A DNA stretch of 64,000 nucleotides from Octopus vulgaris (GCA_951406725.2 OX597838.1:44826001-44890000), one strand, 5' to 3'; counted from the stretch's first letter, positions 13,020-27,561 are shown. Notes: generated by a model not told the origin, from the letters alone. Made by a program: numbers and translations.

Positions 13020-13350
13020 CGTAGGCGTAGGCGTATCTGTATGGTAAGAATGTTGTCTCCCAACCGCCTGGTTCTGGGTTCAGTCCCACTGCGTAGCATC
13101 TTGGGCAAGTGTGTTCTACTACACCCTCAGGCCGGCCAAAGCACTCTGAGCGGATTTGGTAGAATAAAACAGAAAGAAATCTGTCGTGTATTTATATATA
13201 TACAGATACATAATACATACATGTGTGTGTCTTTGAGTTAGTGTTTCTTCCCCGCCATTACTTAACAACACCAGAAATCTAGTTGTTTGTTGAAAGAGCA
13301 CCAAGTGCTCCAGCATGGCTGCAGTCTGATGATTGAAACAAATAAAAGAT
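13018..13350 (+). mobile_element. SINE family A, internally deleted
   Basis: Head ggcgtaggcgtatctgtatggtaag..gggttcagtcccactg; tail ctccagcatggctgcagtc. Confidence 0.8.
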
Positions 13351-13435
13351 AAAAAAAGATAGGCACACATACATATATGTGTGCGTGTGTATGTATGTAT
13401 GCATATATATGAAATATATATAATTTTGAGTAAAG

Positions 13436-13483
<48 letters not shown>

Positions 13484-14089
13484 GTATATACACCTATATA
13501 TATATATACATACATACATGCGTACATACATATATATGTGCTCTCAAACACTGTATATCATTTATTTAATTCTATGAGAAAATACATACAGCGCCATCTG
13601 GATGTCATACTTCGTTAGATCGATAGGCGTTACCTGCAAGTCGTTCAATGAGTAAAAAAAGAAAATTAGATATTTGATGTTAAATATTGCATGAGCTTTG
13701 CCTTTGTCCTCTCACATCCGCCATACAATTGGAAAATCAACAAGGTTGCTATGTCATCCTGCTTGAAACATCTTTGATTACGTCATGCCTACGAAGATCC
13801 ATTTGTCCACACTAAGTTGCTTCGTGCATTACAATGATTTCGAAACCTGTGTGATTAACGTCATACGTAAACATTAATTGTAAACTTTGCAATAAGTGTT
13901 TTTTGTTTGTGGTTGTGCATGCGTCTGGGTGTGTGGGTGTGTGAGTGCGTGTGCGCATGTGTGATTGTATATGCATGTATATACGATCTGATCAATAAGT
14001 ATCCGAACTGTAACGAAGCTAAAGCAAGCACAGTGAAGCATAGTAACGAAATTAAAGGACGCACAGTGAAAGTAAAGACAGACGAAATA

Positions 14090-14321
14090 CCTATTTCTTT
14101 TAGTACCCACCAGGGGCTAAACACAGAGAGGACAAACAGGGACAGACAATTGGATTGACTCGATTATATCGACCCCAGTGCGTAAGTGTACTTATTTAAT
14201 CGACCCCGAAAAGATGAAAGGCAAAGTCGACCTCGGCCGAATTTGAACTGAGAACATAACGGCAGACGAAATACGCTACGCATTTCGCCCGGCGCGCTAA
14301 CGTTTCTGCCAGCTCGCCGCC
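14090..14321 (-). mobile_element. SINE family B, full length
   Basis: Reverse complement starts GGCGGCGAGCTGGCAGAAACGTTAGCGCGCCGGGCGAAATG. Confidence 0.9.
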
Positions 14322-15422
14322 TTCTACTGTTTAAGATTATGATATGATTTGTGCCAATATTTCTGCATTGGTATTACACGAGTTTTAGATGAGATTTTTA
14401 CCAAAAGCTTGTGAGTAGATTTGTTATACGGAAACTGAAAAAAATGCCTGTCGTACATACATAAATACGTACGTAGAAATGTATGTATGTGTTTTCACCT
14501 GTCTGTCTTTGTCTTTCCTCCACCCCCATCGCTCGATATCTATTTGGAATGTGTTTTGTTTGAGTATCCATATGATACGATTGGGCGGGTTTTTAAGATT
14601 GTATATTTTGCTTGTCTTATAGTTTGGCCTATTTTAGATATGATATATATAAATATATATATATACATACATATATGTGTGTGTGTGTGTATGTATGTGT
14701 GTATGTATGTATACATATATGTATATATATATGTGTGTGCATATATATATATATATTAGATTATTAGGTTATTCTGGATAGATAGGGGTTTTGAAACCGT
14801 TTCTAAATATTCCATTCACTTGTACTCCTTAGATATAGTTATAAATATGTTTTATTTAATTTGGGTTTATAAGACCAACTTAGCAGTTCGGCAAAAAAAA
14901 AACACAAAACAAGAACAAGACTTAAGAATAAGTAATGATATTGATTGCTTCGTCTAAGCCCTGCATGGTGTTGCTCCATCATGGTCGCAGTTGAACGACT
15001 GAAACAAGTAAAAGATAAAAGACTAGAATTCTATAGTTTTGAAAGTCCATAATTGCTAGGATTCAAATTCCTGCATGATCACAGATGATCTAAGGTTGTT
15101 TAACAAACTGCAATAACAAGGAGGACAACACCAATAACAACGATAACATCAACAACGAAAACACCACCAAGGGTTGCACCGCCATTTAATTTGAGAAGTT
15201 TAGTACTAAAATTAGGGCAGTATTGGAAAGTTATCAAGAAATTGGTGGAATGCAGGACGTTGAGAAATGGGAATAGCTTAATTGTTATTGGTCATGTGAC
15301 CTATTCCAGGTGGCTTTTCATGAAAGGGAAAAGGTGTGCTTGTCTTGAATCACTAATATCAGCGATTCAGAAAAAAAGCGGGTAGCTCTATGATGGGAAG
15401 GGGAGAGAGAGATGGAGAGAGA

Positions 15423-15458
<36 letters not shown>

Positions 15459-15586
15459 AGAGACAAACAGACAGAGGAGCGAGAAGGAGAGCGATAGAGA
15501 GGGGGGAGATAGAGAGACAGGCAGACAAACAGGTATACAGGTAGGCAGACAGACGGAGAGACAGACATAGAAAGAGAGAGGGAATT

Positions 15587-15637
<51 letters not shown>

Positions 15638-15639
<2 letters not shown>

Positions 15640-16131
15640 GTTTAAATATTTGTTGTGCAAGATTTTTTATGTGAAGTCGTGTGTTGAAACAGATATTGTT
15701 ATATTTCGGAATGGTCATATTGCCAGTTTAGCCAATAAAAACACACGCACTATATATTTGGTGTTATTTTGCTTCAGTGATATTTATTTTTTACATTAAT
15801 CTTAATCTTATTTCGGCCAAAGTTCTTTCGTCACACTCCTGTGACCGCATCAGTGGTCCTTTGTTTTCTTCTCACTTACTTGTGTCTCTCCTTACTAACC
15901 GTCAGCCATTTTGTATTTCTATTGACATACAATAGAAATACAAAATGGCTGACGGTTAGTAAGGAGAGACACAAGATGCGGTCACAGGAGTGTGACGAAA
16001 GAACTTTGGCCGAAATAAGATTAAGATTAATGTAAAAAATAAATATCACTGAAGCAAAATAACACCAAATATATAGTGCGTGTGTTTTTATTGGCTAAAC
16101 TGGTAATATGACCATTCCGAAATATAACAAT

Positions 16132-16132
<1 letters not shown>
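15638..16132. mobile_element. fold-back (palindromic) PLE-like element in (TA)n
   Basis: Arms 15694-15924 and 15930-16132 are inverted copies around a 5-nt loop, with a 28-bp deletion in the right arm. Hammerhead-like motif at 15815-15858 on the minus strand. Confidence 0.8.
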
Positions 16133-16188
<56 letters not shown>

Positions 16189-16193
<5 letters not shown>

Positions 16194-16810
16194 AAACTTA
16201 CTTAGAAGTGGATGCGTGGCGTTCTTTCATATAATAACAAAATAATAAATAAAACATATATATACGTACCTACATATATATGTATATATATACATGCATA
16301 TATGGGTACAGGACACCAAAAAAACGTCGAACACAATGAGAAACGAAAACATAAACACAAAACCAAGGAAACGGATATTTTTTTAAACAACGAAAAAATA
16401 GAGTACAAGACATACAACACAAGGAACATTCCCCTTCTTCAGCCGCCTCTGTTTCATCTACTCCGCGTTTCGAAAGTAAAGGCGAGACACGACGTCTTTG
16501 AAACAGTCCTTCCCGCAAAGCAAATTAAATAAAATTTGAGATTTTTTTGCGGAGGGGTAAAAATGGTAACAAAAACAGGACAGTAAAAACAATACAAATA
16601 AAAACAGTAAAAGACAGGACAATGAGAATACCAGTAACACGAACATTAAGGGCTGTGAAGTTTTGTTTTTATGTTTTCGTTTCTCATTGTGTTCGACGTT
16701 TTTTTGGTGTCCTGTACCCATATATGCATGTATATATACATATAGATGTAAGTACATACATATATGTATGTATGTATGCATATGTTTTATTTATTAATTT
16801 GTTATTATAT
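16189..16810. mobile_element. TA-embedded element with ~135-150-bp inverted terminal segments (PLE-like)
   Basis: 16230-16363 is inverted relative to 16660-16810 (gggtacaggacaccaaaaaaacgtcgaacacaatgagaaacgaaaacat). Confidence 0.7.
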
Positions 16811-19440
16811 ATATATATGTGTGTGTGTGTGTGTTACGTGTGTGTATGTGTATGCGTGTGTGTGTGCGCTTGTGTATGGGTACATGTACGTGTAGTGTAA
16901 GTACTGAATGATAGATCATCGAAATGTTTACCGTTACTGTCATCTCGAACAGTTTCAATAAACGCTGGGAGTAATTCATTCTGATTAATTATTCATTAAC
17001 GCAGTCCGTATGATAAAAAAAAAAATAGAGTTAGTTTAGTGATATTCGTATCTCCCACTTAGCTTTTAAATGAGGCACACCCTTAAAGGGCTTAGTCCAA
17101 CAAATCGACCCCAATACTTACATTTTTAAGTCTGCAGCTTATATTCTGTTTCTCTTTTGTCGAATCAATAAATTACGAGGATGTAAACAAACGGACACTG
17201 ATTGTCAAGCAGGGCGAGTTCAAAGAATAGCACAATGTCACACACAAACACACACACTCACACACACACACACACGCACACACAAATATAAATACATATA
17301 TCATATACATATATATATGTGTATATACATACCTATATAGATCTAAGTATGCATGTATATGTATATGTATATATATATATATATTGGTAAAAATGGTAAA
17401 AGAACAAAAGAAATATATATATATTATTTATATATATATATATATATATACAAAAATTTTATAATTACAATTAGGCTCATAATTATAGAATTTTTGTATA
17501 AGTTTACTGAAAATGGTTCTTTTAACATACCGAACTACTTGGTAAAATTATTTATTAATTGATTAATTAATTTTACCCTTTATTATATACATACATACGT
17601 ACATACATACATACATACATACACGCACACACACACACGAATACACACACAGACAAACATATATTTAAGCCTTCGACTCTTTCTGTCCAAAAGGCTTTTT
17701 CGCACCAGTATTTTGGGAGCCCTTACCTGATCATATGACCTGCAAGAAATAACAGTAAATCTCCATTCAAACACATGTGTATCTATAGTGTACCTATAGA
17801 TTTATGTGCGCATCAAGAGCAAAACTATCTATTTATTTATATATATACGTACATACATAAATGTCTATTTATTTATATATATACGTACAGACATAAATGT
17901 ATCTGAAGGCGTTTTTCTTCAGAATTTCTGCACGAATTTCCCTCCCAAGGCATCCTTCGACCCGGAGCTATGGTAGACCACACTTACCTAAAGTGCCGTG
18001 CAGTGGGACTGAAACCGAAACTGTCTGAGTGTGAAATGAGGTTCTTTATCTCAGGGAAATGATTTAAAACCAATGACTCGATGTTTTTCGGGAAGACGGT
18101 ACAACATGTTTTATTTTCCTCAAAATGAGAAAATAACATTGACTCTAAATTCCGTGAGCTGTTACAACACATATCGGAAGCAGAATGTTTATATTCATTC
18201 ATAGAAAGATCCTTCGTCTGACCATCATAAAATGAATAAAGGCATACAATTGGTTGCGTGCAACAGTAAGGACACATATGTATAAAGTAATGATTCGCAA
18301 TCACACACACATACATTCACAAACATCAAAGATTACTGAGACATGTTCATACAGGTGATAAGTACAGGAGCGTGCTGTAACATCTATGCACCAACTGACC
18401 TAATCGCATATCTATAAACTCAAAGAAATGTCTACGCTGAAAGTCTGATTGCTTTTTTAGGGAGCCAGCTTAGACACCATTAAAAACTTGATTAAATCTC
18501 AAAATACACATACTTATATACATGCATACGGAGAGACACATACAAACATACTTACACACATATACATGTACATGCAAACATACATGCATACATATATACA
18601 TACAGACGTAGACATATACATACATGCAAGCATTCATTCAGACATACATACACACATACATATATGCACACATACACACAAACACATACACACATACATA
18701 CATACACACACAGACACATACATACATACATACATGCATACATGATTGCTTCATAAGTGTCAAATGGCAGCCGATTGACGTTCAGCCCGATTCTCCTGAT
18801 TTACTTTTCCCTGCCTGTGTGCAGATATGTCTTTTCAATCAACAGACAAGATACAAAACATATCAAGAAATGAAATGATTGTGACACATCTGTACGTCAT
18901 ATGTGTCAAGTGACAGAAGCCCGTACAATCCGTTTACCTCTCTCTCTCTCTCGGTCGCCATAGTAGATTCTAGTGATGTATTGAAGATGAATCGTACGAA
19001 TTTCAAATGCAAGTTGCCTCAGAGTATCTCTTTCCAAGAAGAGCTGTCTTCCCTGGGACTCTGTCAAAAGTAACGGGAGCCTCCTTTACTCCTGGGAAAT
19101 GTATATAGCCCATAGGTGGGACCTAGACAGATACTACCATTCCGTGTCAGAACCGACCTGGGAGTAATGATTGTAAAGAGGTGATTACTTGCTACCCACA
19201 GGTCCAGAACTCCTGAACTGGAGCCTCTTCACCGCATGCAGATCAATGGCATATCATAAGATACTTACATAGATCCATCCATCCATCCATCCATTCATCC
19301 ATCTATCCACCCATCCATCCAACCATACATACATACATACATACATACATACATACATACATACATACATACATACATACATACATACATACATACATAC
19401 ATACATACATACACACTGCACATAACCTGACTCCAAATAT

Positions 19441-19817
19441 TGTACGTCGGTTACGACGACGAGGTTACAATTGATCCGATGAACGGAACTGCCTGCTCGT
19501 GAAATTAAGGTGCAAGTGGCTGAGCATTTCACGGACACGTGTACCCTTAACGTAGTTGTCGGAGGAGATTCAGCGTGACACAGACTGTGACAAGGCTGGC
19601 CCTTTGAAATACAGGTACAACTGAAACAGGAAGACAGAGTGAGAGAAAGTTGTGGTGAAAGAGTACAGCAGGGTTCGCCACCACCCCTGACGGAGCCTCG
19701 TGGAGCTTTAGGTGTTTTTGCTCAATAAACACTCACAACGCCAGGTCTGGGAATCGAAATCGCGATCCCTACGACCACGAGTCAGCTGCCTTAACCACTG
19801 GGCCATTGCGCCTCCAC
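19441..19817 (-). mobile_element. tRNA-derived SINE (head C + tail X)
   Basis: Reverse complement GTGGAGGCGCAATGGCCCAGTGGTTAAGGCAG..TTCGATTCCC, central aaacacctaaagctccacgaggctcc domain. Confidence 0.9.
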
Positions 19818-20589
19818 ACATATACATATAAGCATGCAAAAACATACCCCGTTGATGTTGTTGAAATTCCTATGATGTAGGATAGAAACCGGCTCTTTCA
19901 GTATTGGAAAAGAAACCTTGAAATAAAACTGAATAATGGCATATATAGACGAAAAATTGCTGTTTGCATTTGTGTATGTAAAAGTAAGGTGAAGATTTTC
20001 ATGCTTCAGCCCAACATATAGAAGCGAGCCGAGTTTTTGTGATATTGGACTTCGATATTAAAGGCGGTGACATATTTACAATAAGATCATAGATGCACAA
20101 GCATGGCGAGGATCTTTTTTTTTTTTTTTTATGTTTTCTTGTGTTAATTTATTTTCGTAGTTTATCGGTGTTGATAGTGTTTACTTATTCATATAGCTAT
20201 AAATTTATTTATTTATTTATCTTATTGATTTTTCTTGATCATTGATAACAGGATATATTATGTAGCAAATAGGAATGTATTCAATCTTTTATATGATACA
20301 GCAAAACATCAGATCGATAATGGTAAATATATTTCAGAGTTAATTATTGATAATAGAAACAGTTGACGAAAAGGAGAAAACAAAGAATTTAAAATACGTC
20401 GATGGAATAAAATGCAGATTGAAGCAAAGGTAGACACCTACACGCGCACATGTATGCACTAAAGTATAGGATGGGACAAAAGCTAAAGATGATTGTGTGT
20501 ATGTGGTGTGCGTGCGTGTGTGTGTTTGAAGAGAGATGGTGAGAGACAGATGCAGTCTCCTAATTTCAAGAACTATTTTCTCTATCTCT

Positions 20590-20713
20590 CTCCACTTCCG
20601 GTCACTTTAGCCATGGAACCACACTCGTGCTTTTTTGGGATGATTTTTCTCCTTCCCTCTGGATCTTTCCTCTTTCCTCTATCTGACGAAGAGCCGTGCT
20701 CAAAACGTCACAC
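20590..20713 (+). mobile_element. second copy of the 2907-3130 PLE-like family, decayed hammerhead at 20683-20713
   Basis: ttccggtc..gattttt..gatctttcc..CTGACGA-A-GAGC CGT GCTC-AAAA-CG-TC; G12 is lost. Confidence 0.55.
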
Positions 20714-21803
20714 TATATACATGCATACATACACACATACATACATACATACATACATACATACATACATACATACATACATACATACATACACACATAC
20801 ATACATACATACATACATACATACATACATACATACATACATACATACATAAATACATATATACATACTTACATTCATGCATGCATGCATGCATACATAT
20901 ATACATATATACATATATACACACACGCATGTATATGGAGATGACTCCGTCTTCACATATGATTGTTGTCTCTTTGTGCCTTCGCGTTGCCGATGGCTTC
21001 CTGAATTTCGATTTGTGACCACTCGGATGAGAGATCCTGTAACCGGTCTGCATAGTTTGAAGTATAGGCGATAGACGAAAGTTGTAACTCCCAATGCGCT
21101 TCGAACAGGTTAGGTCTGCACAGGTCACTAATCTTCTGTCGCCATAAGAATTTCAGTAGCTGGGATGATATATGAAGTCAACATAGAAAGACATCTCTAC
21201 GTCATTGGATCATAGTGACAAGCATTGGTATGACATAAATATCAGTATCAGATATCAGAGTCTCTGTGATTACTACTTTGTGACAGACCGAAGCGAGATA
21301 GCCTGTGGTGAAGTGAAACAGCAAATTTTACGTCTGAGTGTGCATCTCCCAGAAACATGCTGTTACAACAGCTAAGGGTCCCTCACTCTCTGTAGTTTCA
21401 CTGTGAGCCTTGACAAAAATCCAGTATAATTCTCCTTCCCTCGTTCGAATGGAATATCATCGCACATACCAATTAGCCCTTAGCTACGCCCCTACCAACT
21501 TCTGCTACCCAGGATAAGAGTAGACATTGAAACATTCGATAGTGGCCCTTGAATCGTGTTTACCAAGGCTATGCGGAGTGTGGAACTAGCTCTTATATAT
21601 GTATATACAAACCTATGTATATTAACGCTTGTTTTTATGTTTAGTAATCATAAAATCACTGTTACATTAATCTGAAAGGTTACTTCATATCTTGTAGAGA
21701 AACAGATTTATTATTCTTTAACAAAAATAGTATTAGGAGGGATAGACCGATGATGGTTTGTCTGGCCGAAACTCCGAGTCACTTGCCTTATTGTTATTAT
21801 TAA

Positions 21804-21873
<70 letters not shown>

Positions 21874-22429
21874 GAGTGAGAGAGCAGTTCATGCCATCAA
21901 AGTGACACTGGGGTAAAATATACGAAGCCCAATATACCCATCATGACTACCCGTCTGATAAAGGTACACCAGGCGCATGCATCACAACCATATGTGCGCG
22001 ACATGGTGATCTCATATCAAGATAAAAAGCACATGACCTTGCAGGTGGGGCCCAGTTAGAATTTTCTTCAGGTTGAGTAGCCCATCCCGCTCAAACGGTC
22101 CCTGAATAAGGGTTGTTTAAGGACGTTGAAAGAACCACCCATGTTTCCACAGGTGAACTATTCAAACCCCAAACAATCCCTCTCAACACATGGCTATGTT
22201 GCTCCCCCACTACTTCTGCTCGTGATCAGAGATGCACATATCGTCAGCCACTAAGGGACATGCTCAACTGGTTAAGGTCAAACAACTGACAAGCAAATCT
22301 GTGGTATTGAGCAGAATATTTGCTGTAGCGCATCTTTTATATCAAGACAAAACAATGTACATGATAACACTTCCAATCAGTTAAGATCAGAAGCTATGAG
22401 AGCCACTGCCTGGTACCGCATGAGGGCAT
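21874..22429 (-). mobile_element. 556-bp non-coding element inserted in (TAA)n
   Basis: High identity to 24467-25022 and 41034-41589, same termini, pure (TTA)n on both sides. Confidence 0.9.
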
Positions 22430-22447
22430 TATTATTATTATTATTAA

Positions 22448-22516
<69 letters not shown>

Positions 22517-22518
<2 letters not shown>

Positions 22519-22716
22519 GTTTGACTTTTGCTTTACATTTGTACAAGTTGGCTCCAAGTCTCACCCAGAGATCTCAAGAGACAACAGGCTGGAAGTTCAT
22601 GTTGGTGTTATGCCTAGGGTGCCATATATTTGGTTCTGTACATAGTGTTGTTCTAGAGAATGTTTAAGAAACCATAAGAACCATGAGTTTGTTTTAAAAT
22701 TTGAGATTACATAGAC

Positions 22717-22719
<3 letters not shown>
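22517..22719 (-). mobile_element. R4/Dong-like LINE 3' UTR, severely 5'-truncated, in (TAA)n
   Basis: Minus strand starts CTGTCTATGTAA (LSM*, resembling an RLE ORF end such as LSIQ* at 24023) and ends in an (AAT)n tail. Confidence 0.55.
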
Positions 22720-22749
<30 letters not shown>

Positions 22750-23113
22750 GAGTGGGCCGGCAGAGAGCAGTGCATACCATCAAAGTAACACCGGTGTACA
22801 AATATACGAAGTGCAATATATCCATCATGACTGATAAGGTTACATGAGGTACATGCATAGCAACCACATATGCACAACATGGTGATTTTATAAGAAGATA
22901 AACAGCACATGACCTTGCAGGTGGGGTCCAGTTAGAATTTTCTTCAGGTCGAGAAGTCCATCATGTTTCCAGAGGTGAATTATTCAAATCCCAAAGAATT
23001 CCCCTCAAAACATGACGATGATGCTCCCTTACAACTTCTGTTCATGATCAGAGTCGGCCATAAAGGGATATGCTCAACTGGTTATGGTCATGCTACTGAC
23101 AAGCAAATCTGTG
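22750..23113 (-). mobile_element. older, truncated copy of the 556-bp TAA element
   Basis: gagagcagtgcataccatcaaagtaacac...aagcaaatctgtg is collinear with 21874-22303, with deletions. Confidence 0.8.
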
Positions 23114-23159
23114 TTGTTATTATTATTGTTGTTGTTCTTAATAAAAATTATGATTTCAG

Positions 23160-23365
23160 AATTTGGCACAAGGCTAGCATTTTCGGGGGCGGGGTTGAGT
23201 CGGTTACATCGAGCCCAGTTATTAACTGGTACTTTTTACATCAATCCTTAGAGAATGAAAACTATAGACGACCTCAGCGACATTTGAAATCAGAACTTAA
23301 ATACGAAGGAAATGCCGCTAAGCATTTTGTCCGGCATGCTATCGATTGGGCCAGTTCGTCGCCTT
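23160..23365 (-). mobile_element. SINE family B, decayed
   Basis: ttggcacaaggc..actggtact..atgccgctaagcattttgtccggc..gccagttcgtcgcc. Confidence 0.75.
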
Positions 23366-23366
23366 C

Positions 23367-23477
<111 letters not shown>

Positions 23478-23493
23478 CAACAACAACAACAAT

Positions 23494-23579
<86 letters not shown>

Positions 23580-23634
23580 TAATAACAATAATAATAATAA
23601 TAATAATAATAATATTGATAATAATAATAATAAT

Positions 23635-24123
23635 GTCACAGAAAACGAGAAAGCAACCATACTCTGGGATATGCCGATACACACAGATAGAGAAATTAAG
23701 GCCAACAGACCAGATATAGTTGTCAGAGATCATGAAGAAAAAAATGCTTTTTAATTGATGTATCAATACCGGCAGATGACAACGTGTCTCTAAAAGAAAT
23801 GGAGAAACTCTCAAAATACAAAGACCTGGAAATAGAGGTAACTAGAATGTGGAATCTGAAAACAGAAACAATTCCTATCATAGTAGGTGCATTAGGCATG
23901 ATAAAAAAATATTCAGACAAATACATAACAAAAACACCAGGACTTACAAACACATATAACATACAGAAAATTGCACTACTAGGCACTGCCCACATCCTAC
24001 GCAGAACACTTTCCATACAATAACCATCAGAGCATCACAACAAATCACAGCACATACTCAAGGCACACAGAGCTGCGCTCGGTAGTGAAGTGAAAGCACG
24101 CTATAAAAATAAAAATAAAACTA

Positions 24124-24126
<3 letters not shown>
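23635..24126 (+). mobile_element. R4/Dong-like non-LTR retrotransposon 3' end (restriction-like endonuclease domain), 5'-truncated
   Basis: ILWDMPIHTDREIKANRPDIVV (frameshift in an A-run) FLIDVSIPADD..EKLSKYKDL..PIIVGALG..IQKIALLGTAHILRRTL*, then a ~100-bp 3' UTR, embedded in (AAT)n. Confidence 0.92.
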
Positions 24127-24206
<80 letters not shown>

Positions 24207-24218
24207 CAACAACAATTA

Positions 24219-24295
<77 letters not shown>

Positions 24296-24392
24296 TAATA
24301 ATAATAATAATAATAATGATAATAACAATAATAATAATAATAATAATAATAATATTGATAATAATAATAATAATATTAATAATAACAATAAC

Positions 24393-24466
<74 letters not shown>

Positions 24467-24468
<2 letters not shown>

Positions 24469-25022
24469 GCCCTGATGCAGTACCAGGCAGTGGCTTTCAT
24501 GGCTTCTGATCTTAACTGATTGGAAGTGTTATCATGTACATTGTTTTGTCTTGGTATAAAAGATGGGATACAGCAAATATTCTGCTCAATACCACAGATT
24601 TGCTTGTCAGTTGTTTGACCTTAACCAGTTGAGCATGTCCCTTAGTGGCTGACGATATGTGCATCTCTGATCACGAGCAGAAGTAGTGGAGGAGCAACAT
24701 AGCCATGTGTTGAGAGGGATTGTTTGGGGTTTGAATAGTTCACCTGTGGAAACATGGGTGGTTCTTTCAACATCCTTAAACAACCCTTATTCAGAGACCT
24801 TTTGAGCGGGATGGGCTACTCAACCTGAAGAAATTTCTAACTGGGCCCCACCTGCAAGGTCATGTGCTGTTTATCTTGATATGAGATCACCATGTCGCGC
24901 ACATATGGTTGTGATGCATGTGCCTGGTGTACCCTTATCAGACGGGTAGTCATGATGGGTATATTGGGCTTCGTATATTTTACCCCAGTGTCACTTTGAT
25001 GGCATGAACTGCTCTCTCACTC
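24467..25022 (+). mobile_element. 556-bp TAA-inserted element
   Basis: ATGCCCTGATGCAGTACCAGG...GCTCTCTCACTC flanked by (AAT)n. Confidence 0.9.
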
Positions 25023-25076
<54 letters not shown>

Positions 25077-25606
25077 CACATACGCTAATACCTATATGTA
25101 TCAATCTATTTATGTACCTATCTGTCACCTTTCTCTCTCTCCCTCTTTCTCTGTGTATATATGTTTTTATATGTATGCATATACATAGATAGACAGAATA
25201 ATAGATGAATAAATAAATAGACAGAAAGGCAGACAGGCAGCAGTCAGACAGTCAGGCACACAGACGACAGATGATATTGGCTTTCATGTGGCTTATCGTT
25301 ATTTTATACATTAGTATATTATATATGTAGGTGCTTAAATTTAGAAATTTATCTAGATTAATATCAAGACAAATAGCTGGATATAGTGATGGATACTTGG
25401 AAAGAAAGGTCGATAGACACACAGACAAATACCCAGACAGACTGATAGAACGATTTATACATGCTTAGATTGATAACTATATTGATATATATATATATAT
25501 ATATACATATGGGGAGAGAGAGAGAGGTTGATAGATCGATAGAGATAGAGAGAGAGAGAGACAAATAGATAAACAGATGGACAGACAAACAGATAGATGG
25601 ATATAT

Positions 25607-25662
<56 letters not shown>

Positions 25663-25978
25663 AGAGGTAAATAGATTTCAGAAGAAACAGTTAAACCGAA
25701 CGACAGAATTAGAGGAGGTGGGTGGATGCTTATTCAGTCTAAGTTGTAAATAAGATATGTACGCGTTTAAATACGTATGAATTTGCGTGTGTGCGTAGGT
25801 ATGTACGTACGTGAGGACATACGCAAATGTGTAAGAATGTGTGTATGTATGTATCAGAGGGATGGATGCAGATATGTAGTATATCTATCTATTTATCTAA
25901 GTATACATCTGCATGTCTGTCTCTCCGTCTATCTATCTATTTATCTATCAATCAATCTATCCATCCATCCATCCATCC

Positions 25979-26041
<63 letters not shown>

Positions 26042-26054
26042 CATCCATCCATCC

Positions 26055-26168
<114 letters not shown>

Positions 26169-26333
26169 ACACACTGCAGTGTACCTCTGGATGCATACAT
26201 ACATACATACATACATAAGAGAGTAAAAAGGATTGAGTGAGACAGTGAGAGAAACAGAAAGGAATCAAACAAGTTTGATGGATAGATAATAAATTGATGG
26301 TGGTAAGGCTGGTGGTGGTGGTGGTGGTGGTGG

Positions 26334-26364
<31 letters not shown>

Positions 26365-27201
26365 GTACAGACGTAATAAGCCGGTGGGCGTGTTAATAAC
26401 CGCCTTTTACACATGATTGACGGCAAAAACCACCAATGTGCATTGAGCTACTTCGTTGGTTAAGAAAACTTTACTACTTAGCATAATTTATTCTTGTGAT
26501 GTAATGTTCTTATGCCTCTTTTAACATGAAAACGTTTCTATTTATAGATGGCTTGTGTGAGGTGTGTGTGCTGTGTGTGTGTAGATTCGCGTGTGGCGTG
26601 TTTATGTGTATGAGAGAGAGAGAGAGGAAGAGAGAGAGAAAGAAAGATTGGGAGAGACAGAGAAAGAAAGAGAGTGGAAGAAGGAGAGAGCGGGGGAGAG
26701 AGAGAGAGAGTGTGTATGCGAGCATGTGTTGTTTTTTCTCTGTACGACTCTGTTGGCAAGTACGGTGGATGGGTGGGTGTGTGCGCATGTTCAGATGCAG
26801 GGGAGGGTGGCCATGGAAGGAATTAAAGTGTTGCAAGTTGCGAATTAAAATGGAACGAGACGTTGACGTAGAACGAAATGCATGAAGTGAGAGAGGTAAG
26901 TGGTAGGTTGGTCGACTGGTATAGAAACGGGGGTGGGGTTAATCGCAATACGTGTACTAGTAGTAGTAGTAGTGGTTGTTGTAGTAATAGATTTTAGAGT
27001 AAGTTGTAGCTGTGGTAGTGGTAGTAGTAGTAGTAGATGTTATAATAGTAGGAGTAGCAGTAGCAGCAGTATTATTATTATCCTTTTTCTATTTGCCCAT
27101 TATTATTATTATCATTATTATTATTATTATTATTATCATTATTATTGTTAACATTGGTGGTAGTAGTAATAATAATAATAGTAAGTTGTAGTAACTTCCG
27201 C

Positions 27202-27261
<60 letters not shown>

Positions 27262-27271
27262 CAGCAGCAGC

Positions 27272-27330
<59 letters not shown>

Positions 27331-27334
27331 CAGC

Positions 27335-27396
<62 letters not shown>
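27202..27396. repeat. (TAG)n microsatellite with CAG interruptions; inverted (CTA)n at 27562-27623
   Basis: Seen directly. Confidence 0.95.
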
Positions 27397-27561
27397 CAAC
27401 AACCTGATGAGGAAGAAGCCAAATTATGAAGAACTACAAGTAAAGCTGAAGAATTGAAAAAGCCAAAAATTAACAGAACGATAAAGGAAGGGGAAGGGAA
27501 AGCCGAACAATGATGTTTGACAACCACAACAAGCAAAAGCACAACAAACAACAACAACAGT

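Noticed and set aside
17500-17550. Hammerhead-like CTGAAAA..GAAC
   Set aside because: Both conserved boxes are mutated in very AT-rich sequence.
19745-19817. tRNA genes at SINE heads (also 30377, 43655, 3498)
   Set aside because: A/B boxes continue into shared SINE bodies; no clean cloverleaf or terminator.
21470-21595. HDV-like ribozyme on the minus strand (GG..GCUAAGGGC)
   Set aside because: J4/2 and P2/P3 are plausible but no convincing P1 partner was found; 20940-21595 may be an old LINE 5' region.
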